64,000 bases of DNA. It comes from Macrostomum hystrix. Taxonomy: Eukaryota; Animalia; Platyhelminthes. The position numbers were made by a program, and so were the translations under genes. How positions within the stretch are numbered: position 1 is the first letter of the stretch; each line of letters opens with the position of its first letter. Shown here one piece after another: positions 32,068 to 44,900 of the stretch. The stretch is taken from assembly GCA_950097015.1 (NCBI GenBank), contig CATNEN010000025.1, positions 6,138,001-6,202,000 of the forward strand, written 5' to 3'. The notes under the pieces were generated by a model that saw nothing but the letters and a program-made list of their open reading frames with translations, was not told where the DNA came from and searched no databases.

Positions 32068-33960
32068 AGAATTCCCGACTCTCTCCGAATTCCTGACTCT
32101 CTCCGAATTCCTGACTCTCCGAATTCCTGACTCTCTCCGAATTCCTGACTCTCCGAAATCCTGACTCTCTCCGAATTCCTGACTCTCTCCGAAATCCTGA
32201 CTCTCTCCGAATTCCTGACTCTCTCCGAAATCCTGACTCTCTCCGAATTCCTGACTCTCTCCGAATTCCTGACTCTCTCCGAATTCCTGACTCTCTCCGA
32301 ATTCCTGACTCTCTCCGAATTCCTGACTCTCTCCGAATTCCTGACTCTCTCCGAATTCCTGACTCTCCGAATTCCTGACTCTCTCCGAATTCCTGACTCT
32401 CTCCGAATTCCTGACTCTCTCCGAATTCCTGACTCTCTCCGAATTCCTGACTCTCCAAATTCCTGATTCTCCAAATTCCTGACTGTCTCCGAATTCCTGA
32501 CTCTCCGAAATACTGATTCTCTCCGAGTTCCTGAATCTGCGAATTCCTGACTCTCTCCGAACTCCTGCCTCTCTGAATTCCTGACTCTCTCCGAATTCCT
32601 GACTCTCTCCGAATTCCTGACTCTCTCCGAATTCCTGACTCTCCAAATTCCTGATTCTCCAAATTCCTGACTGTCTCCGAATTCCTGACTCTCCGAAATA
32701 CTGATTCTCTCCGAGTTCCTGAATCTGCGAATTCCTGACTCTCTCCGAACTCCTGCCTCTCTGAATTCCTGACTCTCTCCGAATTCCTGACTCTCTCCGA
32801 ATTCCTGCCTCTCTCTCTCTCCGAATTTCTGACTCTCTCCGAATTTCTAACTCTCCGAAGTCCTGACTCTCTCCGAATTCCTGACTCTCTCCGAATTCCT
32901 GACTCTCTCCGAATTCCTGACTCTCTCTCAGAATTTCTGACTCTCCGAAGTCCTGACTCTCTCCGAAGTCCTGACTCTCTCCGAATTCCTGACTCTCTCC
33001 GAATTCCTGACTCTCTCCGAATTCCTAACTCTCTCCAAATTCCTGACTCTCTCCAAATTCCTGATTCTCCAAATTCCTGACTCTCCGAATTCCTGATTCT
33101 CTCTCCGAATTCCTAACTCTCTCCGAATTCCTAACTCTCTCCAAATTCCTGATTCTCCAAATTCCTGACTGTCTCCGAATTCCTGACTCTCCGAAATACT
33201 GATTCTCTCCGAGTTCCTGAATCTGCGAATTCCTGACTCTCTCCGAACTCCTGCCTCTCTGAATTCCTGACTCTCTCCGAATTCCTGCCTCTCCGAATTC
33301 CTGACTCTCTCCGACTTCCTGACTCTCTCCGAATTCCAGACTCTCTCCGAATTTCTGACTCTCTCCGAATTCCTTACTCTCTCCGAAATCCTGATTTTCC
33401 GAATTCCTGACTCTCCGAATTCCTGATTCTCTCTCCGAATTCCTAACTCTCTCCGAATTCCTAACTCCCTCCGAATTTCTGACTCTCTCCGAATTCCTGA
33501 CTCTCTCCGAATTCCTGCCTCTCTCTCTCCGAATTCCTGACTCTCTCCGAATTCCTGACTCTCTCCGAATTCCTGCCTCTCTCTCTCTCCGAATTTCTGA
33601 CTCTCTCCAATTTCTGACTCTCTCCGAATTTCTAACTCTCCGAAGTCCTGACTCTCTCCGAATTCCTGACTCTCTCCGAATTCCTGACTCTCTCCGAATT
33701 CCTGACTCTCTCTCAGAATTTCTGACTCTCCGAAGTCCTGACTCTCTCCGAAGTCCTGACTCTCTGAGTTCCTGACTCTCTCCGAATTCCTGACTCTCTC
33801 CGAATTTCTGACTCTCTCCGAATTCCTTACTCTCTCCGAAATCCTGATTTTCCGAATTCCTGACTCTCCGAATTCCTGACTCTCTCCGAATTCCTGACTC
33901 TCTCCGAATTCCTGACTCTGCGAATTCCTGACTCTCAGGATTTCTGACTCTCTCCCAATT
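32068..33960. repeat. Minisatellite, 16/18-bp unit CCGAATTCCTGACTCT(CT) with higher-order blocks
   Basis: About 105 copies, most with an EcoRI site; source of the ESQEFG/RRESGI spurious ORFs. Confidence 0.97.
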
Positions 33961-34422
33961 CCGTGTTTCCATTCTGAGTTTTATTATTTGGAATTAAAAT
34001 AACAGTTTAAGGTTTGTTTTTTGAAAGGCAGGTTATGTCGCAACTGATTTGAAGAAAAAAGTGAGTAATACATTGGTAGAAAAATCAGAAATAAGTCGCT
34101 ACTTAAAGTACAGCATCTGTTGTGTATTTTATTTTAAGTTATCAATATATTTTTGGCTTACATTTTTACGGTTATATTGTGAGTAATTCAGTTCAAAAAC
34201 CTTCTTATCACCGATCCAAGCAGTTAGACTGGATAGAGACATTGAGCTCGCTCGACAGTAGTTTAAATAGACTGTAAGGACGCTTGAAAATGAAAAAAAC
34301 AATTGGCTTTCTAAATAAATTACCTGAAGCTAAATTTTGAACACGAATCTCTCATCACACTACTGTTAGTAGATAAAAAACGTAAGTGCAATAATTTGTA
34401 ACGATTGAAAAAGACAGTCAAT

Positions 34423-35973
34423 TCATTTCTTCTTCTTGCCGGACAACCGGCCGGACTTCTTGCCGTCCGTCTCCGCCGCCGCCGCAGTCGGCTGCTGTTG
34501 TGCCGCTGGCGCCACCAGCTTGCCGAGGGCCTCGTCAGACTGCTTCAGCTGACCGCCAAAGCTGGAGCGCAGCTCCTGCATCTCCGCAGCCAGTCGCTCT
34601 CGGACGATTCTCTTGAGCTCGCGAAGCGACTCCGAGCGCGGATCAGAAGCGTCCTCGTGATCGGCCTCCTCCCCTGTCGGCATTGCAGCGGATTTTTTTC
34701 AGTTTAAACAAAAAAACAATTCAACTTTTGTCTTACTGAATAGAAACGACTATTGCATACACAACAATATTGAAAAGCCTGTAATATAATGAAAAAAAAT
34801 AAACTGTATCATTTCGTGTGTCATTATGCCTTGTATAATAAAAATATTAACGTTTTTTAAATATATCATAAGCTATAGAATGAGTATTAAACAATATTTT
34901 GAAGTTCGAAATTGTAATTAGAGTCACTTCCTCTAAGTTGGAGCGATAAAAGTTGAAATTAATGTAAAGAGAATTCCTTTTTTCTATTGAATGGCAGTCT
35001 ACCAAAAGTTTGAGGCCTGTAAAAGCCTATGTAAAAACTATAAAGGAGGACAAAAAAAATAATTAAAAAAATACACAAATTAAATTAGCATATATATGCA
35101 TATGTGTAAATGTGTATGTATATATGTATGATTGAATGTATGATTATGGAATATGGAATATGTATGATTATGGAGTATGGAAATCATATATATATATATA
35201 TATATATGATTTGTGATTTCACATATATATGTTTATAAGAAGTATGCAGACGTATTTTGTACACAATCAATAATGTGGTTTTATATTTATTTGTGCAATT
35301 GCTAATAGTAAAAAAAACAAGACAATTTTTTACCTTGCAGCTTACCGCGATCTGCATTGCCATCAGCTTCACTTCGAACAGAAGCGGGCACTTCTTCGTT
35401 TATAATTTTCTTTTCGTCATCAAGCTCCTGCAGTGTCTTTGGAATTTTGATGTAATCAATTGACAGATCCAACTGAACCTGCGGTGTGAATGCATACTTG
35501 TACAGCTTAAAGTGGCGGAAGTATGTGTCAATGAAGTAATGCGAAAGAGCCGATGCTTCTTGTGGAGAAAAGATGCCAAGACTAAAAGGTGGTCGGTGGA
35601 CTGAATGACACAGTACCAAATCCTTGAATAGTTTCAAGGTTTCACCTATATTTCCAAAAGGTGTTTCTGTGGCCAGTTCATGGGTTTGTTTAATAATGGA
35701 TAGAAAGCAAGATGTCTTTTCGCTGTTCAATGCGCTCCTTTGGCAGAAATAAACTGCATAATAAAACAAATCGATAAGTATAAGATGTCGACCATTTGGG
35801 TCCTCTGAGATCTGCAGAGTGTCCTTCAGGTAGCTCTTTATTGCATCACTATCCTTCAAACGAAGAAGCTTGTCCGTGTCCATAACGCCAATGTCTTTCC
35901 AAATATATGCCTTCGCTCTGCGTAATCTTGGAAGCTGCAGAATCGGCTGATCGGTGTCGACATCCTCAGACAT
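34423..35973 (-). CDS. CFAP119: Cilia- and flagella-associated protein 119 / CCDC189 (CLAMP family), 2 exons, ~296 aa
   Basis: Exons 35973-35334 and 34673-34423 (phase 1, CAAG|GTAAAA...GACAG|GG). Motifs IWK...DLFYYAVYFC...TPFGN...CHSVHRPPFS...YFIDTYFRHFKLYKYAFTPQVQLDL match CCDC189; basic C-terminal tail. Confidence 0.88.
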
Positions 35974-37569
35974 TTTAAGGTGAAATAGTTAATATTTAAG
36001 TAAAATCAAACATGCAAACTGCGATTTATTTAGGAAAAGAAAAACTGAATCCGTTTACTAAGCAACAAACTTGACTATAATTTATATCGCTTTCCAAAAA
36101 GTTTTAAGAAAACTTTTTTAAAAAGTAAAAAGCCTTCTAGTTAATGCGTGCGTAGTAGTTATAATTTTAGATTTGTATCATTTTTACCTTATCTTTTGTT
36201 TAATTTTTAGCATATTTATGTTTCGACGGGTTTATTTAAGAATAACGATTGCGACGTTTTTATAAATAAAAACGAACTAAGCACAAATGGTAATTGGTCC
36301 AAAGGTAAAAAATTGAATTTTTACAGGGAGTATGTGCGAGTGCTAGCTAAAAGTTTGGTTCAACTTTGCTTGCGAAAGATCGAAGTTCGGTATCAGAAAT
36401 GCTCGTTTCTAAATTTGCAGTCTGCCCCAGTCTAAGTCCGGCCAAACTTTGTAATGCGTCAAATCAGAATTTTCGTCACTTTTTTCTGCAATTTTTCTTC
36501 TGCTTACTTTTGATTCTATAAAATTCTAAAGTACACAAAATTCAATGTACATTTTGATGACTATGATATGACGTCCATCAATACTAATGGATTGCATGGA
36601 TACGACGTCCAAGGAGAAGTTGTCCTTGCATGATGACGTTAAGAAACTTTGGAAAATGTAAAGTCCAAACTTTTTTTCAAACACGGTTTTTTTGTAACCG
36701 TTTAAAGTCGAGCTGTTACAAAGCCAATGAATTATATTGATGAATCGATTAATCAGGAATAGCACGCGGAAAAAAGTTAGTGAATGATTATAGTTACTTA
36801 ATAGCTTATATTTGTACAGATTTTAAATCAATATTTTACTTTACATTCATTAGCTTCACCTTTACGCATTTTTTGTTTTAACATTTAGCAAGAAATCAGA
36901 TCAGCATAAAGTATACAGTTCTTAGTGGTGAGCGCAGATTGGTGCAATGAACAACCGTTGACAAGATTTGTAAGACAAGCAGAAAGGATTTGTTTCATTT
37001 CACTAGGGTAGAAAAGCAGGTTTATTGCTTTCTTAAAATGATTTATGATTTAAAAAATGCCAAGTGAAATTTGGATGTGTTGCGGATCCCAAATAATGCA
37101 GTTTCATCAGCAATTTCATAATTTTGATCTTTAGTCTTCACTTTGATTCTTACCTATTCCCATCTCCGCTTCCAGAAGAAGGCTAGTACAAATAAGGTTG
37201 TGATGATGCGCAGAAATATAAGAAGCATTGGAGGATCAGTGTAAGGAGGGATTCAACTAAAACTGGACTCAAACGGCACTGTTTTTCCATTCCCAATGAG
37301 TGAAGAGGAATAGATCATATGGGAAAGTATTATTTTTTGTTAATGTCTGATAATCCACTAAAGGCATTTTAGTATAGTGTACTATGCAGTATGCGGCAAG
37401 CTGCTCAAGCCACTGTCTAAGCCACTGATGTTTAAGCGAATATAATTTGTACTGCTCTACGAAGTTCATCTGGTTCGCGTTCAGCTCTCTAATATGTTAT
37501 ATATATTATAGCGTGTCTGACATGGCGAGGCACGTAATATCTATTGTTTATTACCCACTTGCTCTCAAT

Positions 37570-37753
37570 GTCTGTCCCACTCTCACTCTCAATCTCATTC
37601 TCACATCCTCTCACTTTTATTTTCACTCTCACTCGATCACTCATATTCTCTCACACTGTCACTGTCACTTTCACTCTCACTCACTCTCTCACTCTCACTC
37701 TCACTCACTCTCACTCACTCTCTCATTCTCACTCTCACTCTCACTCACTCTCA

Positions 37754-37786
<33 letters not shown>

Positions 37787-37890
37787 CCTCTTATTTTCAC
37801 TGTCACTCGCTCACTCTTATTCTCTCACACTGACACTCTCACTCTCACTCTCGCACTCTCACTCACCCTCTCAGTCTCAGTCTCACTGGC
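37570..37890. repeat. (CTCA/CTCTCA)n microsatellite-like tract
   Basis: Low-complexity CTCACT repeats. Confidence 0.9.
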
Positions 37891-38374
37891 ATTCTCTATC
37901 AAAGTGTTTGATCTCTCCTATGCCCAGTTTTGTTTATAGCCTGGTCCGCGACATGGTCCAAATTGTTTCGGCGCCCTGTTTACAAGCTCATAGGCGATTG
38001 CAACATCGGTATAGAAGTAAAATAATCGGCTTCCACAGTGCCGTGAGAACCAGTTCCAGACAGATAAGCGGGGCGGGTTAAAAATCTTCCGACACTAAAA
38101 AGAGTTTCCTGGAAAATATAACAACAATAATTACAGATTGCTGAAAGGAGCAAAGCTTATACAGAGGCGAAAGTGCGATATGCGCCAAGTGAGAAATGAT
38201 AGGATATAGTGTTACACTTTCCTTAGCAGCAGGACAGGCTCGGAAATTAGCTATTATTTGCTTGCATGATGGCACTGACAAAAACTAGTGATAAGAAAAT
38301 AGAAAAAATACTTTTGTTATCTCGCACTGGTTTTAAAATACGCTCGTATTATATAGGCTATTAGGGATCACGTT

Positions 38375-38690
38375 AATTTTGGGATCAAGTCGATTGCGGG
38401 ATCTAGTAAAATTATGGGATCTAATATAATTTCGGGATCTATTCGAATTAAGTTTGGGGATATAGTCAAAGCTTGGGATATAGTCGAATTTCGGGATCTA
38501 ATCGAATTTTTGGGATCTAGTCGATTTTTGGGATATTGTCGAATTTCTGGATCCAGTCGAATTTCGGGATCTAGTCGAATTTTCGGGATCTAGTCGAATT
38601 TTCGGGATCTAGTCGAAGTTTGGGATCTAGACGAGTTTCGAGATCCAGTCAAATTTCGGGAACTCATCGATTGTGTGATCTAGTCAAACT
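38375..38690. repeat. Degenerate ~18-19-bp minisatellite GGGATCTAGTCGAATTTTC
   Basis: About 15 copies. Confidence 0.85.
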
Positions 38691-38935
38691 CGTCAATTAT
38701 TTAGGGTTCGTCATGACAAAAAATCAATTTTTTTCACCGTTCATCGTAAAAGCATGATTCACGAAAGGAAACTAAAATAATAAGCATAGCAGCTTTTCGC
38801 TTTCTCGGCTCAGTAGATATTGTCCTAACACTGCAGTAGGTCTTTCACTGGGTTGTCCACTTGTTCAGTCGGTTTGCCTACCCGATCCCTTTTCCCGTTT
38901 CGGATTTTTACACAGCCAGGAATTAGGTCTGATCC

Positions 38936-41900
38936 CTAGACAAAGGTGACGGACACCAGCTGGCTTTGGCCATAGTGCGCCAGCATCGGCGCCTGCGCCA
39001 GCAGCTTGGCCTGCCGGGCCGCGGTAGCCGCCGCAGCCGCCGCCGCTTTGTGCCGTCGCAGTTGTCGCTTCCGCTCTCGCCTAGGAGCCCACCGACCAAG
39101 GCAGCTCGCCAGATCGTCGTCCGTGCCAGCTCCGGGCCGCTCCTCTGCCAGCTGACGCGCGCGCTCTCGCAGCAGCCGCGCCCGCACCGGTCGCCGAGTG
39201 ACGTAGCGACTACCGTCAGCGCGACGCTTAACCACCCACTCCATGCCGGTGGAGTCGTTTGTGACATCGTCGGCTCCGTCGTCCGCGGTCTGACACGCGG
39301 TCGACGCCGAGGTCGATGAGGCGGTCATTGCTGCCTGGACGGTAGTGGTCATTGTGGCCGTGCATGACGGTATCGGGCTGGCCCTATGAAGCCGCGTACC
39401 CATGCGGGGTACGGCGGGCCGCCCATTGCTGTAAGACCCGACCGCGGCAGTCGCCACCTCCGCAGCCGCCGCAGCTGCAGCAGCGGCACGCAGACGGGCA
39501 ATACTAGCCGACAATTCATCGATGACTGAGGCGGAAGTCACGGCGGGGGTGGCGGCGGCCGGTGCAGCCGCCTTGTTGCTCTGCGCGCTGCCGAGGCCGG
39601 AGTCTTTGCGGTCTACGCCGGAGTCGTCTTCGTCGACTAAAGTGTCCTCAGCCGCTTCGTCGTCATTCTCCTCGGCTGCCGTGGCTTCAACTTCGTGCTC
39701 GGCAGCTGTGGCTGGCGCGTCCTCTTCCTCTAACTCTTCAGCGTCTTCCTCTTCCTCTTCGTCGCCGTCAACGAGACGCCGCAGCCGCGGCCGGGCCACG
39801 AGCAGGCTGACGACGAGGCCGGAGGTGGCGAAGAGTCGCACAGCCTGGTCGCGAGTTCTCGCCGCCTCGCCGTTGATGCGCAGAATCTGGTCGCCGATGC
39901 GTAGACGTCCGCTGGCTGCGGCTAAACTGTCTGGAGTCACCTGGAATGGGGAGCAGAAGGAAGGGATAACGATGGTTAGAAAGAATCCCATTCAATGCCG
40001 CTTGCTGGCGGGGCAGATGAGGAAAAGATTGTTGAATGGATGGAGCTGGACTCTGAGAATCTGGGCGAATGCGTGCAGCCTCCAATCACTTTGGACGAGT
40101 TTCAGGGGCTGAGGGCAGGATGAACTGGGAGACTAGGGGGGTGGTTTGCCAGGGGACCATTGCACAATTAGGATAATTGACTTCAGCGCTTCCTATTATT
40201 GATATAGTGGGCCGGGTGAGTCAACTGCTAAATACGAGTATATTCCTATACTCGAATGGGCTGATTTATTAGGCTGGAGGAGAGACGGAAAAGAGACATT
40301 GTGCGGAGGGAGAGTTGAAGAAAGGGAGAGTGGGGAGTGGTAGATTAAGGAGTGGTAGAGTGGGTGAGGTAGAGTGGGGAGAGGTAGAGCGGGGAGAGAT
40401 AGAGTGGGAGAGGTAGAGTGGGAGAGGTAAAGTGGGAGAGTTAGAGTGGGGTGAGGTAGAATGGGGGGTAGAGTGGGGAGAGTTAGAGTGGGGTGAGGTA
40501 GAATGGGGGGTAGAGTGGGGAGAGTTAGGGTGAGGTAGAATGGGTGAGTTAGAGCGGGGAGAGGTAGAGTGGGGAGAGGTAGAGTGGGGAGAGGTAGAGT
40601 GGGAGAGGTAGAGTGGGGAGAGTTAGGGTGAGGTAGAATGGGAGAGGTAGATTGGGGGTAGAGTGGGGAGAGTTAGGGTGAGGTAGAATGGGAGAGGTAA
40701 ATTGGGGAGAGTTAGGGTGAGGTAGAATGGGGGGTAGAGTTGGGAGAGTTAGGGTGAGTCGAAATAAAGTACTAGAGAGTGAGAAAAATCGATCGAAAAT
40801 GTTTTTTGCCTAATAAAAAAATGCTTTTTCTAATTTACCTCTCCTATGTAGACGTCTGTCAGGGCCTGCTGCTGCTGCTGCTCGGTGGTTGCCCATGCAG
40901 TATCTTCCGAGCTGGAGCTGCTGCTGTAGCAGAGGGTCAGGCCCAGTTTCTGTCCAACTGCGCTTCTTGTCAGCTGCACTTCCTGTTGTTGGGATATTTT
41001 ATAAGGAAAACTATCATTATCCCTCGCTACAGCTCATCCGGAACGCAAATTATTGAAATTTTCTGTTCCTAGGGAAAATTTATATTTTTGAGATGTAGAG
41101 AAGAAATATGAAGTCTTGAAGTTCAAAGATAGCCAAATATTTAAAGTTTGTGAATTTTAGACAAAGACCTCTTTGGCAAAGACCACTTTGTTATTGAAAG
41201 ACCATTTTGTCAGACAAAGACCATTTTCTAAGACAAAGACCATTTTGTCAGACAAAGACCATTTTGTCAGACAAAGACCATTTTGTCAGACAAAGACCAT
41301 TTTGTCAGACAAAGACCATTTTGTCAGACAAAGACCATTTTGTCAGACAAAGACCATTTTGTCAGACAAAGACCATTTTGTCAGACAAAGACCATTTTGT
41401 CAGACAAAGACCATTTTGTCAGACAAAGACCATTTTGTCAGACAAAGACCATTTTGTCAGACAAAGACCATTTTGTCAGACATAGGTCTTCTCAGCGAAA
41501 ACCACTAAAAACACAAAGACTATTTTGTTCGAAAAAAGCTATATATAGGCAACTGCCACTTTGTTCTAGACAATAACCAGGACTGCAATTCAATTGATAT
41601 TGTCACTTGCCTCGTAGTCGAAATCTTCCACAGCCTGAAAGAAGAGTTCAACAGCGGAGTGAGTCAGAGAAGCGGTGGCCTTGCTGATGCCATCGCTGGA
41701 GGGTGCTGTCGGACCTGCCTTAAGTTGGCTGGACTGACTGGTTGCCATGCCGTGAAGGCTGTTGTAGCTTTGATCGCGACCCTGACTGCGGCCTCCACTG
41801 CCGCTGTGCTGCCGCTGTCGCTGCCAGAGTTGCTGCTGCTGCAGTTTGTTTCGCTCGGACTGGCACAGCAGCGGCTGGTAGTGCTGTACAATGGCTCCAG

Positions 41901-44900
41901 TGTTCGATCCAGTTGCTGGCAGATCATAGTCGGACTGCTGCTGCTGCTTTTCAGGAGAATTTAGAGGTAAAAACAGCAACGGTGGCTGCTGAGGTGGTGG
42001 GGGCAGAGGCCTACGAAGACTGCTGCTGCTGTTGCTGCAGATGTTATTGTTGTTATTTCTTGTTAACTGAGCGAATTGAGGACAATGCTGCTGCTGCTGC
42101 TGCTGCTGCTGTCGCATCACCTGCACAATAATGGGCTCCTTGGCACTTTTGAACGCTTCAACAGCCTCCTCGTGTGTAGCCCGACTCAGGTCCTGCCCGT
42201 TCACCTGCGCGGTTGGAAGCGAAACACGGTTGCTTTGATTGGAGATTTATCATTGAGCGACATCTCTGTTGTAGCTAGGGATGGACTATAGATCCTGTGT
42301 GGATAGACTATAGATCCTGTGTGGATGGACTATAGATCCTGTGTGGATGGACTATAGATCCTGTGTGGATGAACTATAGATCCTGTGTGGATGGACTATA
42401 GATCCTGTGTGGATGGACTATAGATCCTGTGTGGATAGACTATAGATCACTGTGTGGATAGACTATAGATCCTGTGTGGATAGACTATAGATCACTGTGT
42501 GGATAGACTATAGATCACACAGTGTGGATAGACTATAGATCACTGAGTGGATAGACTATAGATCACTTGTGTGGATAGACTATAGATCACTGAGTGGATA
42601 GACTATAGATCACAGTGTGGATAGACTATAGATCACAGTGTGGATAGACTATAGATCACAGTGTGGATAGACTATAGATCACAGTGTGGACAGACTATAG
42701 ATCACACAGTGTGGATAGACTATAGATCACAGTGTGGACAGACTATAGATCACAGTGTGGATAGACTATAGATCACAGTGTGGATAGACCATAGACCACA
42801 CAGTGAGAGTACTTTAAAAATTGAGGCAAGATGCCAATGTTACAAGGCCAATTGAAAAGCGTTTGCTCAGAAGTTCATCCCGCTGGGTCTACTGAAGTAC
42901 AAAGGAACTCATGTTGTGCTCCATAATAATATATAATTTGAGTTCGCATCGACCGGCCTGAAGAGATGAGGAGACTCGGCAAGGGGAAGATTATGACGAC
43001 CTTGGCTTCCCCATCCCCTAAGAGCCGCCATCTGGTCCTGGGTTGTTATTCCTTCGGCGGGAGACTCTCAACTGTGCTGGAGTGGAAAAGAAGCGTGCCC
43101 GGTGCCCAATAGAATCTGTCGCAGCCGGCGAGTGTGTGTGTGTGTCTTTAAGCTGAAGGATGGATGGAGGGAATTGCCCCAGCCCTGGCTTGGTGGTGGC
43201 CTCGTTCGTCATATGCTCAGCATGGGAGCACACATGCATATGCATAAGTGCCCTGGACATCATCCTGTCTTTGGCTTTCCCTCTCGGATTAACCCACTCG
43301 GCTCTCCCCCTCTATAATTCTTTCTCATCATCTGCTTCATCTTCGTAGCTTGCATGCATTTTTTGTTGCAAGTCTGAGACGCGAAGGCGCCCTGAAGTGG
43401 GTGGGGATGTGGGGGAGCTGGGGACATGGGACTAGTTGCCAGCAATCCCAATCGAGGCTGTTAGTATAGATGGGATTGGTTGTGAAACAAAGAGACGGCA
43501 TCGATTTCATGTGCATCTCATTTTTTCGTTCTATTCAGTGATGACTTGTCGGTTAAACGGGTGGTTGGGAGCATTAGGTATCAGTTGAGAGCCAATGGGT
43601 GCGATGAGAGCACGGTGAGAGCAATAGAGTGGTTTGATAACCAACAAAGAAAGGGTTCGGAGCGGTAGAGAGCGCTAATAGAGCGGTATGGAGCGGTAGA
43701 AAGTGGCTGTGAGCGGTTGAGAGCGGTAGGGAACGGTAGGAGCGGTTGAGAGTGGAAGTGACCGGTAGAGAATGGTAGTCAGAGGTAGAGAGCGGTAATT
43801 AGCGGAAGGGAGCGGTATAGAGAGCGGTATGGAGCGGTAGAAAGTGGCTGTGAGCGGTTGAGAGCGGTAGGGAACGGTAGGAGCGGTTGAGAGTGGAAGT
43901 GACCGGTAGAGATTGGTAGTCAGAGGTAGAGAGCGGTAATTAGCGGAAGGGAGCGGTATAGAGAGCGGTATGGAGCGGTAGAAAGTGGTAGTGAGCGGTA
44001 GAGATGGTAGGGGAGCGGTTGTACAGTTAGGAGCAGCCCTCACTTCAAACTGTTCAGTACAGTTTTCTGACTATTGAGTCGGACATTCATCTGAAATTTG
44101 TTGACCAGCGTGCCCAGCAGTAGTTAAGGATAAAGAGGCCAAAAGTGCGCAAAGGAGCCATAATCAAATGAAGGGGAAAACTTTGCCGCGCTAAATTCTT
44201 CGCCCAAAACTCAAAATCGCCTTCTCTATTCACACTGAGAGGCCCCACCCCATGCAATGGCTGGTGGTCTCACAGAAACCTGATTAGCGGAGGAGTCCAT
44301 GGCCAGGCACTCCCTTTACTAGTGGGTCTTGCATTTATCGCAGAGCTGGCCTAAGCTGCAGTGTCCCCAAACTCGGACCTCAGGAACCAGTCTGGCGAAT
44401 AAAGCTTACCAATAGAGACAGCGGAGGGGAAGATAGAGAGAAAGAGGGATGGCGGGGAGGCAAAAATTGGCGAATCGCATTAGCATCGCTTGAGTCCTTT
44501 TTACTTCTGTTTGATAACCAAATAATCCTGGCGCGTTATAGCAGGGAGGGAGGAGGGTTACTGAAGACTGCAGCTCGCACTTTCCGCTTGTCTCTCCACA
44601 TTCTCGGAGGCTCCGAAGCCTTCTCTGATTAAGTCGGCGGCGGTCCCACGATTTTGCAGACTTAGCTATTTTCCTGCCTCTTCTCTCTTCTTGTGCTAAG
44701 TTTATCCCATAGCGGTCTCATCCCGACCACGCTTTCTTGCTTGACTGACAAGGCATTTCAGCTTTCTAAACTTTTCATCCTTATCTGAAGCCAACCGATT
44801 CTTGAATATAATTGGTATACACTTATCTGCGTTAAGCTACTTTTGATTAAGAAAATCCGCCAGCCCATTCGGAGAAGAATATAATCTTTAAAAAGTTAGT

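Noticed and set aside
36500-37500. Possible decayed retroelement fragment upstream of CFAP119
   Set aside because: Only short ORFs are present, with no recognisable reverse transcriptase or endonuclease motif.
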